DNA of 63,522 bases, counting the filler, from Octopus bimaculoides (taxonomy: Eukaryota): NCBI RefSeq assembly GCF_001194135.2. It is 5 parts of 5 records of this genome, joined end to end, with 100 filler letters (N's around TTAATTAATTAA, not from the genome) between each part and the next. Parts side by side here need not be neighbours in the genome. Positions count along the whole stretch, not along the records: positions 1 to 12,381 come from NC_068982.1; positions 12,482 to 25,730 come from NC_068988.1; 3 more parts are not named here. The stretch is one strand, 5' to 3'. A program made the position numbers and the translations under genes. The notes below the pieces were generated by a model. It was not told where the DNA came from. It made no database searches and saw only the letters and a program-made list of their open reading frames with translations. Shown here in pieces: positions 1-12,528 of this stretch; position 1 is the stretch's first letter, and every line of letters starts with the position of its first letter.

Positions 1-499
1 GTGCGTGCATGTGCGTGTGCATATATAATTAACTGGCTCAATCCTCAGGAAACATTTACGTGTGTATGTGTCTATGTGTGCGCGTCGTGCATGAGTGTAT
101 ATGTGTGAGTGCGTGGGTGCATGCGTGCGTGTGCGTGTGTTGTTGTGCGTGTGTGTTTGCATGCCTCACAGGAGGTGGGGCAGTTTTCAAGACCTTGGCA
201 TGCCCTCCCACTTTGGGAAGATCGATCTGGCTGGTGTCCAGCGAGAGCATCTTCATGTCAGTGTATGCAGGAAATTCTGGAAGGGAACAATGTCTATAAC
301 AAATAACTGCAACTGAATATACTTCGCTGAGTTAAGCTACTGTGCTAAAGTGGGCAGCGATATAGACCTACCACCCCGAAGTTAAAACTGTCACCATGAT
401 GGTTTCCTTGATTTGAATCTTACCAGACGCGAAGCTGGGGAAACAGTTGAGTGGTGGGAAATTCTATGTGTCTCTGTAGTGTTTAGCTATAGAATTAAG

Positions 500-1075
500 A
501 AGTGAATACTAACAGGAAAAGACAGATGTGTGAGATAAGGGAGAAAGAAGAGAGGAATAGAGAGAGGAGAAGAGAAAATAGAGAAAAGGGGAGAGAGAAA
601 AGGTGAAAGAGGGAAAGGAAAAGGGAGACAAAGAAAAGAGAATGAGAAGAGGTGGAGAGAGAAAGAGAGAGTATATCAGTAAGGAAAGGAGTAAAAACTG
701 AAGATACAGTAGGGTTCATGGAATAATAAATAGAATGGAATAGAAATTGGAGTTGTAAGGGAGAGGCTGAAGAAAACTAGAGGAAGGGGAATGAGAGAGA
801 ATGTAGAGGGGGTAAAAGAAAAGAATAAAGAAATAATCAGAGATATAGAGGTGGGGAGAGAGAGGAGAGAAAAGTGTAAGAGTAAAAACTGGGTATGAGA
901 GCAATAAATATTTTTAGGGGACAGTTAGGAAGAGTGAAAATAAGAAGGTAGAAAAATAGAGATGAAGGAAGAGGATGTGGTGGTGGTGGTGGTAATGAGA
1001 GAGGAACGGGAGGAAGAGGATGTTGTGGTGGTGGTAATGAGAGGGAAAAAGGAGGAAGAGGAGGAGGAGTTTATA
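500..1075. repeat. Purine-rich (GA/GGA/GGT) low-complexity tract
   Basis: Almost exclusively A/G on the + strand with gaga, gaggaa and ggtggt runs. ORFs 495..719 and 716..904 are just its S/L/F-rich antisense. Confidence 0.9.
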
Positions 1076-1271
1076 AAAATTGTGTAACTATGGTAATTTG
1101 TATGATTCAGGCTCAGTAACTGTTTCTGACATCATCTATCATTCCCCACATCACAACCCCCAACAACCCGCCCTTATCACCACCGACAACACTGCCACCT
1201 ACACCACAACTACAGCTATTATCATCACCATGAGAATACTTAGCACTCCTCTTTTAATTCTGAAGCACAAA

Positions 1272-1312
1272 TCTGTCTGTCTATCTGTCTGTCTATATCT
1301 CTACCTACCTTC

Positions 1313-1371
<59 letters not shown>

Positions 1372-1379
1372 ACTATCTA

Positions 1380-1434
<55 letters not shown>

Positions 1435-1505
1435 GGTTGGCTGGCTGGTTGGCTGGCTGGTTGGCTGGCTGATTGGCTGTCTGGCTGGCTGGGTGTCTGT
1501 CTGTC
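1272..1505. repeat. Compound tetranucleotide microsatellite (TCTA)n(TCTG)n(GGCT)n
   Basis: Direct reading. Similar arrays occur at ~5895-6008, ~40795-40890 and ~62228-62300. Confidence 0.95.
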
Positions 1506-2210
1506 TATTTGTATTTATATTTTATCTTGTACAACATAGGTGTGTGCATATCATGTATTAGCTCTATATCAATAAACAAATATATCTTTTTGTCTGTCTG
1601 TCTGTCTGTATGTATGTATGTATGTATATGTGTACATTTGATGCGCACTCTATACGGTCCTTTTACTCTTTCGGTTTCCTCTCTTTTTCTCTCTTATTCT
1701 TTTACCTCCTCTTCTCCCCCTATTCTATCCAGTTACTCTGTCAGTCTCTCTTCCTCACTCCTCCTAACTTGTTCACGTTGTCCTACGTGACCATCGGCCA
1801 TTTTTCTTTCTTTCTCTCCGTTGTAGCTGGAACAAGGAAGACGTGTTCTTGTTTGTCTCCTGTCCTAGCTTGATTTATGCGGTTGCCACCACAACCTCGT
1901 TTAGGCTTAGCAACCCTTCCTGTTTGTTTTCACTGTCATGTTTGTGTTACCAATTTTGACCCTCCGCACGCAAAATCCCAAATTTTATTGAATTTGCTTT
2001 GCGGGAGCAACGGTTTTATCGAAAGCGTATATTGTTGTTAAATGCTTGAAATACGAGACTAGAAAAACAGCCAACAACTGATGAAGGGTTGTTCTTTATG
2101 TTGTTTGTCTTGTTTTCCATTTGTGTCTTTCATTGTTCGAAAAAATAGATCATGTACTTGTGCTTCGTATTTTTTGTTGTACACCTTTCGTGCCGTCCAG
2201 TACCCGCACA

Positions 2211-2276
<66 letters not shown>

Positions 2277-2409
2277 NNNNNNNNNNACGTCAAAGACTTT
2301 CCGTATTCCCGAGCGTCATACTAATACATCCTTTTGTTATTTACACCACCTGTCCTCGTCTGTTGTTGTTTTTTCGTATATTCTCCTACATACATACATA
2401 TAGTCAGTC

Positions 2410-2640
2410 GATTTGGCAATGTCGTTAGACTAAAAAGGGCAGTGCCATTCAACAGTACAAACCTGGCGAGATTGAGGGATCAGTTTGAATATCTGTCCGG
2501 ATGTTATTCCCTGCTTTTTGTAAAGAGAGTAACCCTGAGAAATATACGTTGCTGGGGAGGGAGAAATAATAAAAGGTTGGCTTCTGGGAAGTATAAGTAA
2601 TTAAAGAGGTATCTGAAAGGTGAGACACAATAAATTCAGA
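2410..2640 (-). mobile_element. Possible degenerate Penelope-like RT relic
   Basis: The minus frame reads LNLARFVLLNGTAL, resembling the Penelope RT segment L.LA.LVL..N.F.F. It contains stops and frameshifts. Confidence 0.3.
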
Positions 2641-2666
2641 TGCCCTTAGTAGTAGTAGTCGTAGTT

Positions 2667-2712
<46 letters not shown>

Positions 2713-3374
2713 AGATGGAGTTGTAAAAATGGCGTGTTAATTAGCCACTACTTGTAGCGTGTGTCAGAGTGAATATTTACCAGTTATGTGAACGGCCTTC
2801 TTTTGGATGCATTTTTGTGTAGCTGGAGCATCATGTTAGATATTTAGCACCCTTCAGATACAAGCAGCTCTTAAGCTCTTTTGCGGGCCACAAATTGGTT
2901 GGGAATTAAGCATTTAATTACTCTGAAATAGAAATTCAAAGATACTATTTCGGTAATGTTATGAGGTAGCCAAAGAAATTCATGAGGGATTATGAAGCTT
3001 AGTTTGTTGCTCACAAGAAGTGTAGATGTATTGAGTACAAGATTCTTCTAGCTGTACCTTTCTGCTGTTTAAACAATCTAGACTAACAAGTTCGCAAGGT
3101 GGTAATCTGGCAGAATGCCTTATATTTCTTCAGTCTCTTTACATTCTAATTGCCAATCCTACTGATGCTAACTTTGCCTTTATTCTTTCGGGTTCGATAA
3201 AATAAAGTATCGATAAAATACTGAAATTGTTAGTATCAATTGACTCTTTCCTTGAAAATTAATGGTCTTGCGTCTAAATCGGAAACCATTGTGGAATGTT
3301 TTGGGCCAGCCAGAACGCGATCTATGTAATTTTTTCTTCGTAGTGTAGTGAATAGAAGAGTGCATTTCTAATGT

Positions 3375-3409
3375 TTCTTCTTCTTCTTCTTCTTCTTCTT
3401 CTTCTTCTT

Positions 3410-3505
<96 letters not shown>

Positions 3506-3506
3506 G
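3375..3506. repeat. Compound (CTT)n(TTA)n microsatellite
   Basis: Direct reading; runs into the N gap at 3508. The same compound occurs at ~34519-34630. Confidence 0.95.
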
Positions 3507-4030
3507 NNNNNNNNNNNNNNNNNNNNNNNNNNNNNNNNNNNNNNNNNNNNNNNNNNNNNNNNNNNNNNNNNNNNNNNNNNNNNNNNNNNNNNNNNNNNNN
3601 NNNNNNNNNNNNNNNNNNNNNNNNNNNNNNNNNNNNNNNNNNNNNNNNNNNNNNNNNNNNNNNNNNNNNNNNNNNNNNNNNNNNNNNNNNNNNNNNNNNN
3701 NNNNNNNNNNNNNNNNNNNNNNNNNNNNNNNNNNNNNNNNNNNNNNNNNNNNNNNNNNNNNNNNNNNNNNNNNNNNNNNNNNNNNNNNNNNNNNNNNNNN
3801 NNNNNNNNNNNNNNNNNNNNNNNNNNNNNNNNNNNNNNNNNNNNNNNNNNNNNNNNNNNNNNNNNNNNNNNNNNNNNNNNNNNNNNNNNNNNNNNNNNNN
3901 NNNNNNNNNNNNNNNNNNNNNNNNNNNNNNNNNNNNNNNNNNNNNNNNNNNNNNNNNNNNNNNNNNNNNNNNNNNNNNNNNNNNNNNNNNNNNNNNNNNN
4001 NNNNNNNNNNNNNNNNNNNNNNNNNNNNNN

Positions 4031-4113
4031 TATACCATCTTTTTTCTGTTGTTATTCCATAGTGTTGGCATAGCTTCCAGTGTATATAGGTCCCAGCTCT
4101 GTCGTGTCTGTGA
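4031..4113 (-). mobile_element. R4/Dong-clade LINE fragment, 5'-truncated, continuing into the gap
   Basis: Minus translation HRHDRAGTYIHWKLCQHYGITTEKRWY is the RHD..HW.LC..YG segment that follows the CCHC knuckle of RLE retrotransposons. It starts directly after a (TAA)n tract. Confidence 0.75.
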
Positions 4114-4128
4114 ATATTATTATTATTA

Positions 4129-4184
<56 letters not shown>

Positions 4185-4190
4185 GATATT

Positions 4191-4685
4191 GAGTGAGAGA
4201 GCAGTGCGTGCCATCAAAGTGACACTGGGGTAAAATATACGAATCCCAGTATATCCATCATGACTACCCGTCTGATAAGAGTACACCAAGTATATGCATC
4301 ACAACCATATGTGTGTGACATGGTGATCTCATATCAAGATTAACAGCGCATGACCTTGCAGGTAGGAGCTCAGTTAAAATTTTCTTCAGCTCGAGTAGAC
4401 CATCCTGCTCAAAAGGTCCCCGAATAAGGGTTGTTTAAGGATGTTGAATGAAACACCCATGTTTCTAGAGATGAATCATTCAAACCTCAAAGAATTCCTC
4501 TCAACACATGGCTATGATGCTCCCCACTACCTCTGCTCGTGATCAGAGATGCACATATCGTCAACCACCAAGGGACATACTCAACTGGTTAAGGTCAAAC
4601 AACTGACAATCAAATCTATGGTATTGAGCAGAATATTTGCTGTGGCCCATCTTTTATACAAAGACAAAACAATGTACGTGGCAAC
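4191..4685 (-). mobile_element. Non-coding (TAA)n-tailed dispersed element (putative Dong-mobilised non-autonomous element), 5'-truncated
   Basis: Collinear with copies at 30618-30980, 32088-32643, 38590-38943 and 51890-52052. The 3' end ...ctgctctctcactcaat is followed by (TAA)n. Confidence 0.8.
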
Positions 4686-4700
4686 ATTATTATTATCATA

Positions 4701-4901
4701 AAGCGGCGAGCTGCAGAAACGTTAGCACGCCGGGCGAAATGCTTAACGGCATTTCGTCTGTCTTTACGTTCTGAGTTGAAACTCCGCCGAGATTGACTTT
4801 GCCTTTCATCCTTTCGGAGTCGATAAATTAAGTACCAGTTGATCTAATCGACTGGTCCCCTCTCCCAAAATTTCGGGCGTTGTGCATAGAATAGAAAAGA
4901 A
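4701..4901 (+). mobile_element. tRNA-headed SINE family A (Meta-domain-like core)
   Basis: A-box-like ctgcagaaacgttag, B-box-like gagttgaaactcc, core gactttgcctttcatcctttcggagtcgataaattaagtaccag and (TTA)n tail. More than 10 copies occur in the window. The Meta-domain resemblance is from recall. Confidence 0.85.
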
Positions 4902-4929
4902 CATTATTATTATTATTATTTTGAGATAA

Positions 4930-5800
4930 TAGAACGTAAATTGGAGCAGATTTGGTTAAAATTTACATCAGATCCATCGTCACGTACTGGTAGTCTCGTT
5001 GGCCTGTTTTGCATGCGTTGCAGTAATGGGTAAATACCTTTCCATTGATATGGTGGGAGACTTCTGCGGGTGTTTTAAACAGTATTCTTCGGTCTGTACA
5101 GCTGCAATACAGATCGAGTAAACTACTAAAGGGATTTGAAGGCTGAGAGCTTTGATGTGAGGATGAGGTGAGATTCTTAGAAGGGTAATATCACTCTCCT
5201 TGTTAGGGGTAAAAGAAACATCAGAAAACGAAGATAGTCAGAATAAGACGAGTGGAGAAATAATCATTTAGCTAGGTTCAACTACCAGAGGGTTCAAGGA
5301 ACAGAATGAAGGGAAATGTTATAAGATGCTGAGCAAAGAATAACTAAAGCACTGGTGTTGGTAAAAGATGTTCACAGCGTTGTAAAACAGTAGATAAATC
5401 ATGACATGTTGCTAAGAGTAAGACAGTGAGACAGAGTTGCTGATGAGGTGCTGGTGATGTCAAGGTTAGAGAAATGAATAAGAGGATAAATAAATACAAT
5501 GTAAGCGCAGATACCATGCCTTTAAGAAGCTGGGATACAGTGTGACATGGACAGTAGAGATTATTTAAGGAGAGGTGGGGGTTATGTATATATAGATATA
5601 TAGATATAAATGTGTGGGTTGTAGCTTACGTTTTAGAATAGGTGATATATAGCATGAGGATAGCACATAAGCACCAACACCAAATTTATTCAATATGTAT
5701 ATTTTACAAGAAGGAAGGTTTGATTTCAGAGGAATTTGGGTGTTATTTCTAGGAGGTTTAAGGATCCCATAAAGGTTCCCCCGTTGGCTCGATTCTGCCA
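4930..5800 (-). mobile_element. Degenerate Penelope-like element (RT to endonuclease relic)
   Basis: ORF 5565..5801 GNLYGILKPPRNNTQIPLKSNLPSCK resembles the Penelope LYG.PK.HK...PLRPI.S motif. An FSNLDI-type motif lies at ~5465-5480. The rest is heavily decayed. Confidence 0.45.
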
Positions 5801-5888
5801 TAGATATGAATGAATGAGTATTTATTATACCTTGTACAAAACAAATGTGAGCATATCATTCATTAACTGTATATCAATGCAAAAACGC

Positions 5889-5947
<59 letters not shown>

Positions 5948-7405
5948 GTCTGTCTGTCTGTCTATCTGTCTATCTGTCTGTCTGTCTGTCTGTCTGTCTG
6001 TCCATCTCNNNNNNNNNNNNNNNNNNNNNNNNNNNNNNNNNNNNNNNNNNNNNNNNNNNNNNNNNNNNNNNNNNNNNNNNNNNNNNNNNNNNNNNNNNNN
6101 NNNNNNNNNNNNNNNNNNNNNNNNNNNNNNNNNNNNNNNNNNNNNNNNNNNNNNNNNNNNNNNNNNNNNNNNNNNNNNNNNNNNNNNNNNNNNNNNNNNN
6201 NNNNNNNNNNNNNNNNNNNNNNNNNNNNNNNNNNNNNNNNNNNNNNNNNNNNNNNNNNNNNNNNNNNNNNNNNNNNNNNNNNNNNNNNNNNNNNNNNNNN
6301 NNNNNNNNNNNNNNNNNNNNNNNNNNNNNNNNNNNNNNNNNNNNNNNNNNNNNNNNNNNNNNNNNNNNNNNNNNNNNNNNNNNNNNNNNNNNNNNNNNNN
6401 NNNNNNNNNNNNNNNNNNNNNNNNNNNNNNNNNNNNNNNNNNNNNNNNNNNNNNNNNNNNNNNNNNNNNNNNNNNNNNNNNNNNNNNNNNNNNNNNNNNN
6501 NNNNNNNNNNNNNNNNNNNNNNNNNNNNNNNNNNNNNNNNNNNNNNNNNNNNNNNNNNNNNNNNNNNNNNNNNNNNNNNNNNNNNNNNNNNNNNNNNNNN
6601 NNNNNNNNNNNNNNNNNNNNNNNNNNNNNNNNNNNNNNNNNNNNNNNNNNNNNNNNNNNNNNNNNNNNNNNNNNNNNNNNNNNNNNNNNNNNNNNNNNNN
6701 NNNNNNNNNNNNNNNNNNNNNNNNNNNNNNNNNNNNNNNNNNNNNNNNNNNNNNNNNNNNNNNNNNNNNNNNNNNNNNNNNNNNNNNNNNNNNNNNNNNN
6801 NNNNNNNNNNNNNNNNNNNNNNNNNNNNNNNNNNNNNNNNNNNNNNNNNNNNNNNNNNNNNNNNNNNNNNNNNNNNNNNNNNNNNNNNNNNNNNNNNNNN
6901 NNNNNNNNNNNNNNNNNNNNNNNNNNNNNNNNNNNTATCAATTTATTAATTCATTAATAAATCAACAATTAATAATTAATAATTTTTACCAAGCCCATCG
7001 GTATGTAAGCACCATTATTGGTGGAGAACTTATTTAAAAGCTCATATATATTTATAACCATAATTAAGGGATCAGCAAATATTTGCTTCACCATATACCG
7101 AAGTTCAGAAATAGCAGCTAAAAAAGCTGAGAATCTCACAGATAGCATCACTTGTAACTCACAAAGGCAAAAACAAGAATATATATAATAATATATATAT
7201 ATTCATATATATATATTCATATTTATATATATGCATATATATACATATATATATTTATATTTATGTATGTATATATTTATATATTTATATATATATATTT
7301 ATATATTTATGTATATATTTATACATATATATATTTATTTATATATATATCTATATATATTTATATGCATATATTTATATATTTATACATATGTATACGT
7401 GTGTT

Positions 7406-7436
<31 letters not shown>

Positions 7437-8229
7437 ATATAGTCATACATATACGAATACGGGTGTGCGCGCGCGCGGGCGTGGGTGTCTGCTTTTTACA
7501 TTTGTGTCTGTCAAAGTCTGCCTCTTGTTTAATGGCGTCGATCGACTATAGCCGCAGCTACGATTATATGACGTGCATTTATGATAAAACCTCAAGCATT
7601 CTAGCTCCGACTATTTCCAAGGATGACAGAGCTAGTATGTTGAATAGCAGCTATTAGATGCAGACTCTGTTGGGAGTCCTTTCGCTGCCCTATGCCATAG
7701 TTTGCTCCAATCTGCATAGGGCATAGTAACCTGCACTTTACACAATGTTTATATTATTGTAAACTGAATCCATTTCATTCTGTCTCCTCACTCACCCTTC
7801 CACATACTCTCTCTCTCTCCCTCTCTCCCTCTCTCCCTCTGTCTCACTCCCTCTCTCTCTCTCTCTCTCTCTCTCACTTTGCCTGTCTCCCTTTTTCTTC
7901 GTTTCCTCTCATACTCACGCGTACAATTATATATGTTAACAGCAAATGCACAAATGCACGCACTCTTACAGAATTTGGCTGCTTTGTTATTTTTTATTTA
8001 TCTAGTTTTCATTTTCCCCTTTGCTTCACTCACACAAACACACACACGCGCACCCACATGTATGTATGTTTATGTTTATATGTATATATATCGATTTATC
8101 TACTTTTTATGCATTTATTACTGCCAGCCTTGCTTATTGGATGGTTAAAAATTCAGTAACACTGCTTTTAAGTTTGCCTGGATTCCATACTCACCCATAA
8201 AAGGCAGTACGTATACAGAAGCTCAAATG

Positions 8230-8260
<31 letters not shown>

Positions 8261-9222
8261 TTCCTTTCTTCCTCTCTCTTTCACACACAGACACACATAC
8301 ACATACGCTGACATACAGCTGCATGTACACACACAAATGTGTAGATGTACATACATATTAACATATGTAGATGAAGCTACATATTATGCTGATAGCTATC
8401 TACATACAAACATGAATGTATTTACATATAAACATGCATACATGCGTATATACATACATGTGTACATACACGCATATTTATATATATATATATATATATA
8501 TNNNNNNNNNNNNNNNNNNNNNNNNNNNNNNNNNNNNNNNNNNNNNNNNNNNNNNNNNNNNNNNNNNNNNNNNNNNNNNNNNNNNNNNNNNNNNNNNNNN
8601 NNNNNNNNNNNNNNNNNNNNNNNNNNNNNNNNNNNNNNNNNNNNNNNNNNNNNNNNNNNNNNNNNNNNNNNNNNNNNNNNNNNNNNNNNNNNNNNNNNNN
8701 NNNNNNNNNNNNNNNNNNNNNNNNNNNNNNNNNNNNNNNNNNNNNNNNNNNNNNNNNNNNNNNNNNNNNNNNNNNNNNNNNNNNNNNNNNNNNNNNNNNN
8801 NNNNNNNNNNNNNNNNNNNNNNNNNNNNNNNNNNNNNNNNNNNNNNNNNNNNNNNNNNNNNNNNNNNNNNNNNNNNNNNNNNNNNNNNNNNNNNNNNNNN
8901 NNNNNNNNNNNNNNNNNNNNNNNNNNNNNNNNNNNNNNNNNNNNNNNNNNNNNNNNNNNNNNNNNNNNNNNNNNNNNNNNNNNNNNNNNNNNNNNNNNNN
9001 NNNNNNNNNNNNNNNNNNNNNNNNNNNNNNNNNNNNNNNNNNNNNNNNNNNNNNNNNNNNNNNNNNNNNNNNNNNNNNNNNNNNNNNNNNNNNNNNNNNN
9101 NNNNNNNNNNNNNNNNNNNNNNNNNNNNNNNNNNNNNNNNNNNNNNNNNNNNNNNNNNNNNNNNNNNNNNNNNNNNNNNNNNNNNNNNNNNNNNNNNNNN
9201 NNNNNNNNNNNNNNNNNNNNNN

Positions 9223-9261
<39 letters not shown>

Positions 9262-9658
9262 TGGATGGGGTGTTGGGTGAGTGCGTGTTTATCTATGCAT
9301 ATGTATCTGGATGTAGTGCATTTAAATGTATATACGCTAACCAATTATTGTCGGTATATATATTATTTATTACATATACAAACGTATATATGCGTGAAAA
9401 TGCATCGTGTTAAGCAATAAACAATGGTGTAGATAATGTAAAATTGTTTAAGCGCCAATAGACGTATATTGTTAAATTAGTAATGTCGTGTGCTGCACAA
9501 CAACAGGTGAGTTTCCGGTGAGTAGAATTCACGACCTGATTTCGATTTCCGGTTGATGTGATTTCACTTCACTTAAATAAGGCAAGAACAACGCAACTTC
9601 CCAGTGAGAGCCCTCAGACTTTCTCTACTCCTCTCCTTCTCTCCCTCTCTCTCTCTCA

Positions 9659-9694
<36 letters not shown>

Positions 9695-9724
9695 ACCTAT
9701 CTATCTAATACATATATACATGTG

Positions 9725-9799
<75 letters not shown>

Positions 9800-11139
9800 G
9801 TGTACGATGTATATATTCGCACACATATATACACATTATATACATACATACGCACACATATATATACACACACGTAATGTTTATAAAGTGCCACTTAAAG
9901 TGCATGACATATAACTATTGTATTATAAGTACATATATACCATTACACTCCGATAGAGAAGGATACCAAATGGGTTTGTTTTATTATAGCGTAATTATTA
10001 CATGCTACGTGCCTCATTGGGTATGTGTATATATATATATATATATACACATTGTATATGTATATATAAAAATATTTATGAAGGAGGCCACTAGGTGGAC
10101 TGCTAATGTGCTAGAAGAAGATCACATGTCAAGTGATTGTTCCCTGGTATTAAATTGATATTAATTAATATTCAATTTTTTTTACCCTATTGTTTACTTC
10201 ATATAAATATACATGTATATATACAATGTGTGTGTGTGTACTAGAATTTTAGAGCCTGTGTTTAGTGAAGAATTATATGGTATTTCACTTCGGCCGAACT
10301 CCACGAATTACGAAGTAAATGAGTAGATAACCGATTAAATCGAATCTAATTCACAGGGGCTACCTCACTTTTGAACAATTTTCGTAAGTCAGTCCACGAT
10401 AATTCCGAACATAAACGTAGAGGGACAACAAAATCCTAAGACGAACTCAGTCCTATGCTCTACTGTTACTGCAACAATTCGCTACGTTTTTTGGAAGGAA
10501 CAACGCTCATAAATCCAGTTTTGTCTTAATACATCTGAAGCCTTGTGTATCTGTATTGAAAATGTATTTTAAATTTGGCGTGGAAGATAACTCAAAGCTT
10601 ATTTCCGATTTTGATTTTTAGTTAAAGATATTTTATGTTACTCATGCCGCTAATATCTTTAAAACTCTCGTTTAACATTTGAAGTAATTTGTAGCATTGC
10701 CTCAGTATCAAAAATCTATAAATGATTGACTTGAGAGCAATGAACAAAAGATGGTGAAATAAAAACAGGTAATATGGTACTACTGTTCGTGCAAAATTTG
10801 GTCTATGAGCCTGGTAACGTGAAATCGATATTTTATTGCTTTCAGTCATTTCGACATCTGACTTGGGTTTCTGCAGATTGTAGTGAATGAAAGTATTTCT
10901 TTCGTTAAATAGAAAGCTTGTCTTTTACAAATACGTTTTAGTTGTTGTGCCTGTTACTTATACGCCAGAAGCTTTGGTAGCCGAGCCAAGTATAGAGGCA
11001 TACACATAAAAAAAAGACCCAATTCTACATTAGAAATATGTACTTATACATATACACATACGAACTCATACGCATACACACCCATGCGCATACACACACC
11101 ATGCATACATACATCGACGTACATGTGTGTGTGTGAGAG

Positions 11140-11349
11140 AGGCCGTAAGCTGGTAGAATCTTTAGGGAAACATATAAAATGCTTAGCGGCATTTTGTCCG
11201 ACTCTTTACATTTAGGGTTCAAATTCCGCCGAGGTTGACTTTGCCTTTCGTCCTTTTGAAGTCGATAAAATAAGTACCTGTAAAACACTGGAGTTGATGT
11301 AAACAACTTACCCACTCCTTTAAAATTGCTGGCCTTCTACTGAAATTTG

Positions 11350-11352
<3 letters not shown>
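11140..11352 (+). mobile_element. tRNA-headed SINE family A
   Basis: ggccgtaagctggtagaatc...gggttcaaattccgccgaggttgactttgcctttcgtccttttgaagtcgataaaataagtacc. Confidence 0.85.
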
Positions 11353-11390
<38 letters not shown>

Positions 11391-11929
11391 GTGTGTGCAT
11401 GCGTCTGTGTGTGTGCGTGTGCATGCGTGCGTGTGAGTGTGTATGTATGTGTTGACACCTTTGGTCATTATTTAGTTCAATCTGGGGGACCTGGAGTTAA
11501 AGAGTATTATTAAAACTTTGAGACGATAAGGAACAATAAATTCAATAACAGCGAAACAACAAGGCAACGTTTTTATCAACCATGCACGCAAAAAGTAAGC
11601 TGTGAATTCAACACGGAAATTGCAAGGGAAAGAACTCGAGTGTGTCAATTCGAAAAGTTGATGAAGTACTGAATACCGTACGCAAAAACAACATAAAAAT
11701 CATAAGGGATTGAGATTTACCTTTTCGTTGGAAAGGGAAAACAAAGCCTTGGTTGGTGAAAAGGGGAGCAGAAAATTGAATTTCATGCTTCGGGAGAACA
11801 TTTAGTTTCTGTTAGCGAGCAAGGGGACAGTAAAGGACAGTATTTAGCATTGTTAGTCCTCATCAATGAAGCGTAGTCTTCTCACTCAGTTTTAACGATT
11901 AAAAGAAATTTCCAAAGTAGGAAAAGGAA

Positions 11930-12040
11930 TGGAGTAAAGATTATTCGCCAACATAACATGGCAGTCCTAGTTTAGGACGAATGTTGCTGTAATCTAGCCC
12001 CAGGACTGTCATGTTGTGTTGGCAAATAATCTTTACTCCA
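11930..12040. mobile_element. Fold-back (MITE-like) element with 39-bp inverted arms
   Basis: Arms 11930-11968 and 12002-12040 are reverse complements with 3 differences, around a 33-nt spacer. Confidence 0.8.
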
Positions 12041-12179
12041 AAGTACTGTTGCTGGTTGTCTCTCGTTGTGAGATTTACAAATAGTAATTTTCTAGGAAAG
12101 GGAATGTTTATATCTTTTGCTGGTAAGCAACGGTTAAGTAGTTTGATTTAATTCAGTGAGCTCGTATTTTTTTACCATT

Positions 12180-12358
12180 AGAAACTGTTGGTGTCTTTAC
12201 GTCGCCATCATTTAGCGGTTCGGCAAAGAGACGCATAGAAGAACTATCAGGTTTTTAAAAAAGAACAAGGGCTGGGGTCAGTTCGTTTCACTAAAATTCC
12301 TCAAGGTTGTGCCCCAGCATGGCTGCTGCATAATGACTGCAAGAAGTAAAAGATAATA
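12180..12358 (+). mobile_element. SINE family B, 3' fragment
   Basis: gttggtgtctttacgtc...ttagcggttcggcaaagagac...gtgccccagcatggctgc...aagtaaaagataa matches the full copies at 17727 and 56676. Confidence 0.7.
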
Positions 12359-12381
12359 GATTATATATACATATACATACA

Positions 12382-12481
12382 NNNNNNNNNNNNNNNNNNN
12401 NNNNNNNNNNNNNNNNNNNNNNNNNTTAATTAATTAANNNNNNNNNNNNNNNNNNNNNNNNNNNNNNNNNNNNNNNNNNNN
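12382..12481. other. Artificial scaffold-join spacer N44-TTAATTAATTAA-N44
   Basis: Exactly 44 N + 12-mer (12426-12437) + 44 N = 100 bp. It is identical at four places in the window. Confidence 0.9.

Positions 12482-12528
<47 letters not shown>

Noticed and set aside
170-480. GC-richer segment with FLDLNL-like and W-containing frames
   Set aside because: Stops in all frames and no coherent domain. It is possibly a decayed retroelement but cannot be assigned.
3180-3365. Minus ORF MHSSIHYTTKKK... next to (GAA)n
   Set aside because: No recognisable motif or splice pair, and it runs into a SINE fragment.
6969-7151. Minus [22 protein letters not shown]... and a possible 39-nt exon
   Set aside because: No supporting neighbouring minus-strand exons; frame is ambiguous.
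7686-7723. Hairpin tgccctatgc/gcatagggca as a possible miRNA
   Set aside because: Only a 10-bp stem; pairing does not extend to pre-miRNA length.
10357-10383. 27-nt microexon ctaattcacag|...|gtaagt that could read GYLTFEQF (EF-hand-like)
   Set aside because: Two frames are open, no partner EF-hand exon was found, and the flanks look like a dispersed repeat. Only RNA-seq junctions could rescue it.
12426-12437. TTAATTAATTAA as a biological motif (PacI or homeodomain site)
   Set aside because: It always sits in exactly 44+44 N, so it is a synthetic spacer.
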